From the NCBI GenBank assembly GCA_963755915.1, contig CAVWLP010000002.1, forward strand, positions 1,472,001 through 1,536,000: a stretch of DNA of 64,000 nt. The letters run 5' to 3'. The notes under the pieces were generated by a model. That model saw only the letters and a program-made list of their open reading frames with translations, had not been told where the DNA came from and searched no databases. Below are positions 31,616-41,662 of this stretch, piece after piece. The position numbers were made by a program, and so were the translations under genes. The first letter of the stretch is position 1; each line of letters begins with the position of its first letter. Source of the DNA: an uncultured Phycisphaerales bacterium (GTDB lineage: Bacteria; Planctomycetota; Phycisphaerae; Tepidisphaerales; Tepidisphaeraceae).

Positions 31616-32525
31616 ATGAGGACAATTGCGTTCATGAATCAGAAGGGAGGCGTCGGCAAGACCACCACCGCGGTCAACCTCGCCGCCGCCCTTGCCGAAT
31701 CCGGAAAAAAAAATCTGCATGGTCGATCTCGACCCGCAGGCGCACCTCACCATCAATTGCGGCCTCAACCCCTCGCCCGACCTCATCAGCCTCTACCAGG
31801 TCCTCGTCGACGGCCATCCTCTCCTCAGCGCCCTTCAAAACGTCGGCAAGAACCTGGCCGTTCTCCCCGGCAGCATTGATCTCGCCGCCGCCGAAGTTGA
31901 GCTCGTCAACGTCCCCGGCCGCCAGACCCTGCTCAAGGACCGCATCCAGGCCGCCCAGCTCGAATTCGATTTCCTCATCATGGACTGCCCCCCCAGCCTC
32001 GGCCTGCTGACGCTCAACGCCCTTGCCGTCGCCGGCGAAGTCATCATCCCCATGCAGCCCCACTTCCTGGCGCTTCAGGGCGTCGGCAAGCTTCTCGAAA
32101 CCGTCGCCCTGGTCAGCCAGCGCGTAAACCCCGCGCTTAAAGTCTCCGGCATCGTCCTGACAATGTTCGATTCCCAGACCCGGCTCTCATCCGAAGTCGT
32201 CGCCGACCTCGCCGGCTTCATCAGCGACGCAGCCGGCAAAAACCTCCCCTGGTCCTCTGCAAAAATCTTCGCCAGCCGTATCCGCCGAAACATCAAACTC
32301 GCCGAAAGCCCCAGCTTCGGCCAGACGATTCTCCAATACGATTCCGCCAGCCACGGCGCCACCGACTACCGCGCCTTGGCTCGCGAGGTCCTGGAAATGA
32401 ACAAGCCGGCCGTAGCAGTGACTGTGACGCCGCCCGCAAAAGCTCCTCCGAGCCGGAAACTCGAAACTCGAAATTCGAATGACGAATCAAATTCAAAACT
32501 CGAAATTCGAATGACCGGGAGCTGA
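31616..32525 (+). CDS. ParA/Soj family ATPase (frameshift in the A-run near 31710)
   Basis: [34 protein letters not shown]. Confidence 0.9.
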
Positions 32526-32645
32526 GCTTGTTTCGAATTTTGAATTTCGAATTTGATTCGTCGGAGGCGCGGACGCCTCCGGGCCGTAATCGGCGAGTAC
32601 GCCCCGGAGGCGTCCGCGCCTCCGAATTTCGAGTTTCGAATTTCC
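32456..32645. repeat. Heptamer-based (GAAATTC/GAATTTC-like) inverted-repeat element with a nested palindrome
   Basis: Core GAATGACGAATCAAA at 32477-32491; inverted arm from ~32530; nested 23-bp perfect IR 32561-32583/32603-32625. Confidence 0.8.
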
Positions 32646-32649
32646 CCCT

Positions 32650-33162
32650 ATGACCTCTCCTCCTCTCTTTGCTCCCTGGCGACTCCCCTACATCAAGGCC
32701 CTGGGCAAATCCGACGCCTGTTTCCTCTGCACCGCCGGCGTAGCCACCGATCCCGAACTAAAACGCGACCTCCTCGTCCTCTGGACCACGCCCCAATCGA
32801 TCGTCCTCATCAACCGTTTCCCCTACGCCAACGGCCACTTGCTGGTCGCCCCGCGTGCCCACAAAGCCGAGCTCGGCGAACTCACCGAGCCTGAGCAACT
32901 CGACCTCACCGCCCAAACCATCGCCTCGGTAAACCTCCTGAAGCGTGCCGTCTCCGCCCAGGGGTTTAACATCGGCATCAACCTCGGCCCTGTCGCCGGC
33001 GCCGGCCTCCCCGGCCACGTCCACCAGCACGTCGTCCCCCGCTGGGGCGGCGACACCAACTTCATGACCGTCGTCGCCGAAACCCGCGTCGTCCCCCAGG
33101 CCCTCTCCCAGTTGCATACAGAACTGATCAGAGTCGCCACCGAAATGGGCTATATAAAGTAG
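32650..33162 (+). CDS. HIT family protein (Ap4A hydrolase/phosphorylase-like)
   Basis: APWR, CFLC, N.FPY.NGH, GFNIG.N.G..AGA, HVHQHVVPRW. Confidence 0.9.
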   Translation: MTSPPLFAPWRLPYIKALGKSDACFLCTAGVATDPELKRDLLVLWTTPQSIVLINRFPYANGHLLVAPRAHKAELGELTEPEQLDLTAQTIASVNLLKRAVSAQGFNIGINLGPVAGAGLPGHVHQHVVPRWGGDTNFMTVVAETRVVPQALSQLHTELIRVATEMGYIK

Positions 33163-33211
33163 AAGCGGCGTCCCGCCGCTTTCCGCCCAAGCGGCGAGAC
33201 GCCGCTTCTAC
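33159..33211. repeat. GTAG-type REP doublet (REPIN-like)
   Basis: GTAGAAGCGGCGTCCCGCCGCTT...AAGCGGCGAGACGCCGCTTCTAC; overlaps the HIT gene's stop codon. Confidence 0.75.
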
Positions 33212-33297
33212 TTGGAGCTTCTTCCAATACAGCAATTGGCAATCGGCATTTCCCCACCCCCTTGCCCCCACTCCACCCGCCCCTTACCCTTTCCCCC

Positions 33298-33585
33298 ATG
33301 GACGAATCCATCCGCAAGCAGCTTGTCCCCGGCGCCTCCGTCAAGATCATCCAGCAAATCGCCGCCCGCGATTATTCCTGGAACAGCGAAACCGCCGGCA
33401 CCATCGTCAACTACAAACAGGAGCCCACCGGAAGCTGGTACGCCCACAGCAAGGACGACAAGCTCTGGCTCGACCGCCTCACCCTCAGAAAAACGGACGG
33501 CGAGATCACCACCCTCAATCTCGACGAGTTCAGCGTCGTCAAGATCGTCCAGACGGCACGCCCCGCCTCCACCACCATAAAATGA
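33298..33585 (+). CDS. Small beta-rich hypothetical protein
   Basis: Strong codon bias; ATGA overlap with tyrA. Confidence 0.75.
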   Translation: MDESIRKQLVPGASVKIIQQIAARDYSWNSETAGTIVNYKQEPTGSWYAHSKDDKLWLDRLTLRKTDGEITTLNLDEFSVVKIVQTARPASTTIK

Positions 33586-34466
33586 CCGCGAAGAAGCTCT
33601 TCCCACGCCAACTCACCATCCTCGGCGTTGGCCTCCTCGGCGGCTCCATCGGGCTCGCCCTCCGCGCCGTCCGCCCCAACTGCCACATCATCGGCTTCGG
33701 CCACCGAAAACCCTCCCTCCAGACCGCTGCTGAAATCGGCGCCATCGACGCGTTTGATCTCGACCCCTCCTCCGCCGTCGCCGGCTCCGATCTGGTCATC
33801 CTCTGCACCCCTGTCGGCACCTTCGAGCCCCTTCTCCGCCAAATCGCCCCCGCCCTTGCCCCCGGCGCCATCGTCACCGACGTCGGCAGCACCAAGCGAT
33901 CCGTCGTCCGCTCCGCCGCCAAGCTTCTCCCCAAATCGGCATATTTCGTCGCCAGCCACCCCATCGCCGGCAGCGAAAAGCGCGGCGTGGAATTCTCCCG
34001 CGCCGACCTCTTCCACAATCGCCTCTGCATCCTCACGCCGGAGAAGAAGACAAACCCCGCCGCCGTGAAACAGGTCGAAAAGTTCTGGCAACTCCTCGGC
34101 ATGCGCACGCAGCGCCTGACCCCCCAAGATCACGACCGCCTCCTCGCCGACATCAGCCACCTGCCCCATCTGGTCGCCGCCGCCCTCGTCGCCATGCAAC
34201 CGGATGCCGCCCTGGCCATCTGCGGCAAAGGCTTCCTCGACACAACAAGAATCGCCGGCGGCGACGGCGCCCTCTGGCGCGACATCTTTCTCGACAACGC
34301 CGACAACCTCAAATCCGCCATCCGCCGCCTCAAATCCCAGCTCCAGGCCACCGAAAAAATGCTCACAAGTTCGCGCGCCTCTTCGCTGCGCAACTGGCTT
34401 GACTCCGCCGCCCAGCGGCGCCAGAAAGTCCTCGAAGAAAAACTCTCCGAATTAAACCCCGACTGA
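33582..34466 (+). CDS. tyrA: Prephenate/arogenate dehydrogenase
   Basis: GVGLLGGS, TDVGSTK, HPIAGSE, HD....ISHLPH, DTTRIA. Confidence 0.93.
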   Translation: MTAKKLFPRQLTILGVGLLGGSIGLALRAVRPNCHIIGFGHRKPSLQTAAEIGAIDAFDLDPSSAVAGSDLVILCTPVGTFEPLLRQIAPALAPGAIVTDVGSTKRSVVRSAAKLLPKSAYFVASHPIAGSEKRGVEFSRADLFHNRLCILTPEKKTNPAAVKQVEKFWQLLGMRTQRLTPQDHDRLLADISHLPHLVAAALVAMQPDAALAICGKGFLDTTRIAGGDGALWRDIFLDNADNLKSAIRRLKSQLQATEKMLTSSRASSLRNWLDSAAQRRQKVLEEKLSELNPD

Positions 34467-34492
34467 TCAACTACACTCGACTCCACCTTTTT

Positions 34493-34532
34493 CCCCCGCC
34501 CCCGGTACTCCGGGGGAGGGTTGGGGAGGGGG
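34493..34532. repeat. REP-like palindrome (copy 2)
   Basis: CCCCCGCCCCCGGTACTCCGGGGGAGGGTTGGGGAGGGGG. Confidence 0.7.
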
Positions 34533-34599
34533 TCGTAGTCAAAGTTGATTCAATTACTTGTCATTGTGGCGAAACGCTTCCAAGCCGATAATCCCCCAA

Positions 34600-35235
34600 A
34601 TGCCGGTGGATCAAACCAGCCCACAGCAACCAGAACCAGCTTCCCTCACCATCGGATACGCAAGTCCATCCTCTCCCCCGACAACGATCGTCGTCTGGTG
34701 CCGTCTTTTCGCCCTGTGGTTGCTCGTCAACGGAGCCATTGGCGTAACCGAAATCCTTGAAATCACCATAGGAGCGATGTTCGGAATGCGCCCCTTGAAT
34801 TCCAGTTTGATCGTGGAAGCAATTGAAGTGGGCTTACCGATGATGGTTTGGCTGTTGGCGGGTTGGTACTGCTGGTATCGTGCACCCTCCCTGGCAGCGA
34901 GAATCGCCGGTTCACCGAATCAAGCTCTCCCCGAGCAATCCCTGAATCCCAACGACCTGCTGCAAATAGCCCTCATCGCCCTCGGCGTCTATTTTTTCGG
35001 CGAGGGAATTCCGGGTTTTGCTCGCGTCCTCAGCGATGCCATCGCAGGCGTACGACAGGGAAGTTTCGCAAGCGTGAACGAACCTGACGTAGTAATGACG
35101 GTTGCCCGGTGCCTCCTCGGTCTCTGGCTCATCCTCGGAACCCCAGGCGTGGCACGACTCATCCGCAAACACAGCGGCAGATGGCACGACGCACCCACCG
35201 ATTCAAATCAGGACCCAGGCAAAACCCCCGATTGA
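34600..35235 (+). CDS. Hypothetical 4-TM membrane protein
   Basis: Open ORF with four hydrophobic segments; start uncertain. Confidence 0.6.
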   Translation: MPVDQTSPQQPEPASLTIGYASPSSPPTTIVVWCRLFALWLLVNGAIGVTEILEITIGAMFGMRPLNSSLIVEAIEVGLPMMVWLLAGWYCWYRAPSLAARIAGSPNQALPEQSLNPNDLLQIALIALGVYFFGEGIPGFARVLSDAIAGVRQGSFASVNEPDVVMTVARCLLGLWLILGTPGVARLIRKHSGRWHDAPTDSNQDPGKTPD

Positions 35236-35241
35236 CAGCTC

Positions 35242-35300
35242 CAATTCGAATTTCGAGTTTCGAATTTGATTCGTCATTCGAATTTCGAATTTCGAATTTC
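35242..35300. repeat. Heptamer repeat element (half copy)
   Basis: TTTGATTCGTCATTC (reverse complement of the core) at 35265-35279, flanked by GAATTTC repeats. Confidence 0.75.
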
Positions 35301-36437
35301 CTCATACACCTTCTCCAACCCAGCCACCATCACCCCCGCATCAAACCTCCCCATCGCGAACTTCCGCCCCGCCACACCCATCCTCTGTCTCAGCTCCCCA
35401 TCCTCCGCCAATTTCAAAATCGCCCCCGACAGCCTCGAAACATCAAACGCCGGCAGCACAAACCCCGTCTCCCCGTCCACCACCCCCTCCCGATTCCCAT
35501 CCACGTCATACGCAATCGCCGGCACCCGCGCAAGCTGTGCCTGCGGCAGCGCCCGCGCCAGCCCCTCTCGCCGCGAAGGATGCACCAGAATATCCATCGC
35601 CCCCGTCAACTCCGGCACCCGCTCCGGCGGCACCATGCCCGTCAAAATAAACCGATCCCGCAACCCCATCCGCTGCATTTGCTCTTCAAACCTTCCGCGC
35701 AAGAGCCCATCCCCCACCCACAAAAATCGCAATTTCGGCAGTCGCCGACACAAATCCGGCGCAAGCCCCAGCAAATCATCATGCCCCTTCAGATCAAACA
35801 GCCGTGCGATCGTCCCGACAACCAGATGCTCATCCGTCAGTCCCAGTGACTGTCTTACCATCTCCCGAGGAACTGGCGGATTCAAAAACGGCTCCGTCTC
35901 CATCCCACTGTAAATCGTCACATACTGCTCCCGTTTCCCGATCCCTGCCGCCAGCGATTGCTCCCGCATCGCATCCGCCACGCACACAATCCGCGCCGTC
36001 AGCGGCGCTGCCTTTTTCTCCAGCAGCTTATATGCCCCATTTACCGCCGCGCTCGTCGAAGCCGTAAACGCCAGCCCGTGAATCGTGTGGACCACCCCGC
36101 GCATCCCCGCCTTCCGCGCCGCCCACCTCCCGATAATCCCCGCCTTGCTCGAATGCGTGTGCACGATATCCGGCTTGATTTCCCGTAGCAGCCGAACCAG
36201 CTCCCAATAAACCCGCAAATCCCTGACCGGATGAATCGCCCGCCGCATTTCATCCACCACGATCACGCGATACCCCTGCGATTGCGCCTTCTCCATCAAC
36301 GACCCCTCCGGCCCAATCGCCGGCCCGGTGATCAGCGTCACGTCGTGCCCGGATTGATGCTGCCCCGCGCACGACAGCACCGTATTCTCCTGCGCCCCGC
36401 CAATGATGAGGCGAGTGATGATGTGGACGATTTTCAT
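35274..36437 (-). CDS. GT4 family glycosyltransferase
   Basis: GGAQ, HTHSSKAG, HTIHG, KG, EGL.....QA, DG..G. Confidence 0.9.
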   Translation of the reverse strand: MKIVHIITRLIIGGAQENTVLSCAGQHQSGHDVTLITGPAIGPEGSLMEKAQSQGYRVIVVDEMRRAIHPVRDLRVYWELVRLLREIKPDIVHTHSSKAGIIGRWAARKAGMRGVVHTIHGLAFTASTSAAVNGAYKLLEKKAAPLTARIVCVADAMREQSLAAGIGKREQYVTIYSGMETEPFLNPPVPREMVRQSLGLTDEHLVVGTIARLFDLKGHDDLLGLAPDLCRRLPKLRFLWVGDGLLRGRFEEQMQRMGLRDRFILTGMVPPERVPELTGAMDILVHPSRREGLARALPQAQLARVPAIAYDVDGNREGVVDGETGFVLPAFDVSRLSGAILKLAEDGELRQRMGVAGRKFAMGRFDAGVMVAGLEKVYEEIRNSKFE

Positions 36438-36487
36438 TCGCTTCGATCAGATTCGCCGGTGATCTTTTTACGCGGTGAGGTATTGTT

Positions 36488-37493
36488 TCATTCCACAATC
36501 AACTTTTCCGCGATCTGCACCGCATTTGTCGCTGCGCCTTGCGCACCTGGTCGCCGCTTACGAAAAGATCGATCCCCCGCCCATCCTCGCGGCTAATGTC
36601 CTGGCGTATCCGGCCGACCAGCACCAAATCCTGTCCGCTGGCTTCCAGCGGCATCGGGAAATGGTTTTTTTCGCGGTCGTCCACCAGCTTTACGCCGGGT
36701 GCTTTCGACAGAATCCGCCGGGCTTCATCGGGACTCATGGGGCGCTCGAACTCGAGGTTGATTGACTCGCTGTGTGCGCGGGGGATCGGGACACGGATGC
36801 AGGTCGCGGTGATCATGATCCGATCGTCGCCGAAGATCTTGCGGGTTTCGTTGATCGTCTTGTTTTCTTCCTCGTTGTACCCGTTGGCGGCGATCGCGGT
36901 GTCATGGCTGAAGAGGTTGTGCACGATCTGGTGCTGAAAGAGCGTCCGCTCGATCTTGCCGCCGGCGGCTTGGGATTTGATCTGCTGCTCCAGCTCAACG
37001 ACTCCCGCCGCGCCGGCGCCGCTGACGGCCTGGTAGGTGCTCATCACGATCCGCTTCACGCGGTTGGCCTTGTGCAGCGGCCAGACCGGGACGTTCATGA
37101 TGATCGTGCTGCAATTGGGGCTGGCGATGATGCCGATATGCTTGTGAATCTGCTCGCCGTTGACTTCGGGAACGACGAGCGGGATTCCCTGCTTCATTCT
37201 GAACGCCGAGCTTTTGTCGATGACCACCGCCCCGGCCGCCACGGCCGCGGGGGCGAACTCCTTGCTGATTCCTCCGCCGGCGGCGAAGAAGGCGATCTTC
37301 ACATCCTTGAAGCTCTCCTTGGAGAGTTCCTGGACCGTGAAGCTTTTGCCTGCGAACTCGACTTTCTTTCCCGCGCTGCGGCGCTGGCGAGCAGGACCAG
37401 ATTTTTGATGGGGAATTTCCGTTCGGCCAGGATATTCAAGAGTTCCTGGCCGACAGCCCCGGTTGCGCCGACAATCGCCACGTTCACTGCCAT
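36488..37493 (-). CDS. asd: Aspartate-semialdehyde dehydrogenase (frameshifts near 37385 and 36540)
   Basis: [44 protein letters not shown]. Confidence 0.93.
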
Positions 37494-37681
37494 AAGACCT
37501 CTTAATCAAACATCGTCAGACGGTTGAAATCTTACGCGAAGGGCGATTGATTTTCCGCGCGGGGGTATTGAATACAAAATTGGACACTCCGCAACAATCT
37601 GGGTGGTCTGGGGGGGATGGCGAAGCCAAAATTCGAAATTCGAAACTCGACTAGTCCCAGTTGGTGGCTCCATGGCCGAAG

Positions 37682-39301
37682 TTAAGTTTGTACTTTCGGC
37701 AGGTTGGATCGATTCGTTGGAAAGCGCAGGGATTGATAGAGGAAGACGGCCGCGCACAGTAATAATGCCCAGCCAAAATCAGGGCTCATTCCTTCAATCA
37801 ATCGCTTCAGTGGAGGTCCGAGCGCGCCGCTGGCGGTGGGGAGGAAATTCTGGCCGCCGCGACCCCCGAGCAACACGCCGAGCGTCATGAGCCCGCTGGC
37901 GGTGGAGATCAGCAGCAGAAGAAGCGTCATTCCGAACGAATCGCCGACCACAATTGCGCCGACTCCGGCAGCCCAGACCAAATATCGCTCGTGCATGTGA
38001 GGCGCGAGCGTGAAAAACAGCAGCCAGGGAGTCGTCGCCGCTACAAGCCATCGAGAACTTCCCCAACGCAACTGAAGGACCAGGCCGACGGTCGCGGCCA
38101 CCAAGGCAGAGGCATATACAACGACAAGCAGGTCGGAGATCGTTACGTGAACGGCTGATGAACTCCAACTCCCAACGTGAGGAGTAAAGGTAAAACAGAC
38201 GTCCTTCGAGTCGAAGCCGTAGCGATGTTCCAGAATGCCGGCCAAACAGTCGGTGCTGCCCATTTCAAGGTTCGGATATTTCTCTACGCCGTATTTGAAC
38301 CCGACGCGATACCAGTCCAGCGCAGTGGCCGAGAAAAAAGCTCCGGAAAAAATGGCGCCGGCCGCGAAAACGGCGACAGCGCCTTCAAGCCATGCGCACG
38401 GCAGACGGCGGCGCAGTAAAATGGCCAGCAAGACGATGCCGGCGACAAAGAGAAGAGGGGGCCAATTCAAGGTCCGCCGGTCATCCGAGAATTGAGTCAA
38501 TAGCCATGGAGAGACAATGACGGCGGTGGCCAGCAGAAATCCTCCGAGCCACCGCAAGGCGGCTAAAAGATCTGCACGGAAGACGGGCCAGAGAACAAAC
38601 AGTGGTACTACGACCAGCAACTGGCCTTTAAACATGCACCCAATCCCCATGATAACGCCGCTGATCATCCATCGGCGCCGAAAGGCTGCCAAAATCCCCC
38701 ATAGATAAAACGGCAGGATCCACCCATCCCAGCTGGGACGCATCCACGAGTCGATCCAAACGCCGGGATTGAGCCACAGGCATGTTGCCGCGATGAGCGC
38801 CAACCACTGGCGACGGACGGTTTGCCACACCAGCAATCCCGCCGCGAGCGACGCGGCAAGTTCCACAGCGGCATTAAACATCAACAAGGGTCGATTGACA
38901 CGATATTCGCTTCGCCAGTGCCTCCCTTCCAGACCTAAGAGAAAATTTGGAATCTTCAACTCATTGACAGGAATCGCCGGCACCATTTCTGGAGCCGCGT
39001 GATCGAGCCATTTCGCCCAGAGCGTAAAGACCGTCAGCCGAAGCGGGGGATAATCCAGTCCAAGATCGTCTTGGTCACGGCTTTGGATCACCAACGAATA
39101 GAGATTGAGATACCCCAGCTTGTCGGCGCGATTCCCCCAGCGGAGAGCGTTTTGCATGTCCCCGGAAAAATGGATGTGCGCGCTGGCCCGCCACGCCCAC
39201 CAGCGCAGATGGAATCCTGCGTCAACCAGAATCGCACAAGCGATCCCCAGCGCCAATCGGTGCAGCCATCTCGACGGGAAATCTCGGCCGGCTATTTTCA
39301 A
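37682..39301 (-). CDS. GT-C fold membrane glycosyltransferase (mannosyltransferase-like)
   Basis: DYPP, NP....DS, K.Q and MHERY motifs; many TM helices. Confidence 0.7.
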   Translation of the reverse strand: MKIAGRDFPSRWLHRLALGIACAILVDAGFHLRWWAWRASAHIHFSGDMQNALRWGNRADKLGYLNLYSLVIQSRDQDDLGLDYPPLRLTVFTLWAKWLDHAAPEMVPAIPVNELKIPNFLLGLEGRHWRSEYRVNRPLLMFNAAVELAASLAAGLLVWQTVRRQWLALIAATCLWLNPGVWIDSWMRPSWDGWILPFYLWGILAAFRRRWMISGVIMGIGCMFKGQLLVVVPLFVLWPVFRADLLAALRWLGGFLLATAVIVSPWLLTQFSDDRRTLNWPPLLFVAGIVLLAILLRRRLPCAWLEGAVAVFAAGAIFSGAFFSATALDWYRVGFKYGVEKYPNLEMGSTDCLAGILEHRYGFDSKDVCFTFTPHVGSWSSSAVHVTISDLLVVVYASALVAATVGLVLQLRWGSSRWLVAATTPWLLFFTLAPHMHERYLVWAAGVGAIVVGDSFGMTLLLLLISTASGLMTLGVLLGGRGGQNFLPTASGALGPPLKRLIEGMSPDFGWALLLCAAVFLYQSLRFPTNRSNLPKVQT

Positions 39302-39419
39302 GTCGGGGCTATTCTATCGCGGGGAATTTTTTACATGCCTTTCGTAAGCGATAGATTTATTCAGAGGGCCGGGAAATTCGCAACTTCCACTGGCTGGGCA
39401 GCCTGCTCGTCGAGGTCAG

Positions 39420-41655
39420 TTACTGATTTGAAACCATTCCGAATGACGAAACGGCCTTCGGCCGCACCAATGTTTTCCGCCTGCGAGCTAGGCAGCAAAT
39501 AGTAGACAGTACAACCAATCCGGCGGCCGCAGGCTCAGGGACGGAGCCGATGGTTGGGAGGGGCAAGCCATTGGCGACTGCGAAGGCATCAAGGGCCACG
39601 ATGTCGGACTGAGAGACGGATGCATCCGCGCCGCTGTCCCCCTGCCCGAAATTCGCCGCCAGGGCGCTGAAGTCGCTGCCGTTCACCGACGAGCCGTACA
39701 GAAAATTTCCCTGGTCCCAATTGGTGGCGCCCAGCCCGAAGTTGGCGGCGAGGATGCTGAAGTCGGACCCGTTGACGGTGCCGTCGAGATTCGCATCTCC
39801 CAGCAGCGTGTACTTGATTTCGATCTGGCCGGAGGAAAGTCCGGAGACGACGCCGTCGGCGCTGTCGGCCCAGCCGACGCCGTAGCGGAGGCCATTGGTG
39901 AGAGATTGGGCGGTTGAGGAGATGATTCCCGGTCCATTCCAAGCGCCGCCGTTATAGCCACTCTCGATCCACGCCTCCACCGAGGCAATCGGGTCGGCGA
40001 CCTGACCCAGACCGTAGTTGATCAGTAGCGTGTTGTTGGTGATATCCAGGGTGCCGTTGGATCCTATGGACAGGATCTCAAGCGAATTGGTAACAGGGCT
40101 GGAATTGGAGCCGATCTGCACGAAAGCATTGCCGCCCGCGCCCGCGGAGATCGACAGGGATGCCTGCGCGATGGAGCTGACCGTCATGGTCGCGGTCGAT
40201 CCCGCGGTGGCATTGAGAATGATCGTCCCGTTGCCTGTGACCGGGCCCAGGCTGGCGCTGCCGCCGCTTTGCTGGATGGCGCCCCCGTTGCTTGTCGACG
40301 CCGATACCCACAGCGTGCCGCCGGACACGCTCAAATCACCGCCGTTGACGAGCGTGGTAATATTAAACGTTCCGGCGGAGAGGGTAGCGGTGCCGTCCGT
40401 TTGAAGGGCGCCGGTGACGGTCATGGTGCCGCCGGAGATGCCGAGGGTGCCATCGCCGTCAGGACCGGAGCCGTTTTCTGCGATAAACATGGTGCCCACG
40501 GTGCAGGTTCCATCACTGAGAGAATAGGAGCCGGACGAGCTGCCAAGGCCCTTAAAATCGGTTCCGAGAAACATCGTCGCCGTGGTGTTGGTTCCGCCGC
40601 TCTGGTTGAATGTCCCGGTTCCGCCTCCATAACCGATCACCTCCATGCTGTAGGCGCCGCCGGTGCTTAGAGACCCGTCGGAGAGGTTGTACGTTCCCGC
40701 CCGATCGGAGCCGATGTCGAGACCGTAATCGTTGAATTCATCCATCACCAGATGGGTTCCGCCGCTCTGGTTGAAAGTAGCCCCTACTCCCGGATCGGTA
40801 GAGTTTTGGCCGATAATTTCGCCGTCGATCACAACCAGGCTGGCGGCGCCGCTGAGCGAATAGCTGCCATTGTAAACAGCAAGCTGTGAGAAAGTGGCTG
40901 TTCCCCCCGTTTGTATGAATGTCCCCGGCCCGACATACCCAATTCCCAGGCCCCCCTCCGGGGACGATGGGCTTATGGAGCCAACCTGCAGGGATCCCGA
41001 TTCAAGCGTGTACGTGCCGGTTCCGACCGGATTGGAGGAGGTGGGGCTGTTCAATGATCCCATGAGCAGAACGGACGACACCGAAACGCTGCCGCCGTCC
41101 TGCAGGAACGTTCCGGTTCCGGACGCATCGCCGTTTAAGTTGCATCCCACTTCCAGGTCGACCACATTCAGGCTCGCCGCGCCGGAAATCTGGTAGCCGC
41201 CGCTGCTGCCGGATCCCAAGCCGATACCGAGGGTCCCGACGTTGTTGGTCCCGCCACTCTGTGTGTATTCGCCCGAATAGCTGTAGGCGACTTCCTCCGA
41301 ATTGGCGGAGAGAGTGTAGCTCGACTGGTCGACGTTTTCGCCGAACAGGCCGTCGATGAGAAGGTCGTTGAGCGGGTCCGAGGTTGAGTATCCGCCGTCA
41401 AAGGTGACGATGGAGCCACCGACCAGAAACTTTCCCTCGCTGAAGATACCCGTGACCTGGGCATCATCGCCGGCGGCGGGGATTCCGCCCATGCTGCCGT
41501 TAGTCCAGTTGGGGGAAGTGCCCCAGTCGCCGGAGCGCACATCGTACGTCCAGGTGGTGTTGGCGCCGGCGCGGCGCCAGGGAAACACCCGACAGGGCAG
41601 CGGCGAAGACTATGGAACGGCGACGGCGATAGGTCAAATGCGATCTCATTGGCAT
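39420..41655 (-). CDS. PEP-CTERM surface protein with beta-helix-like repeats and a dockerin-like module (signal peptide frameshifted near 41575)
   Basis: GAAGGAG RBS and signal peptide; F.Q.GGT/Y.LS.G repeats; GDANLDGTVNGSDF; VPEP-TM-RRRK tail. Confidence 0.85.
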
Positions 41656-41662
41656 CACTCCT

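Noticed and set aside
32456-32645. CRISPR-like array
   Set aside because: Short degenerate 7-mers without unique spacers; no cas genes
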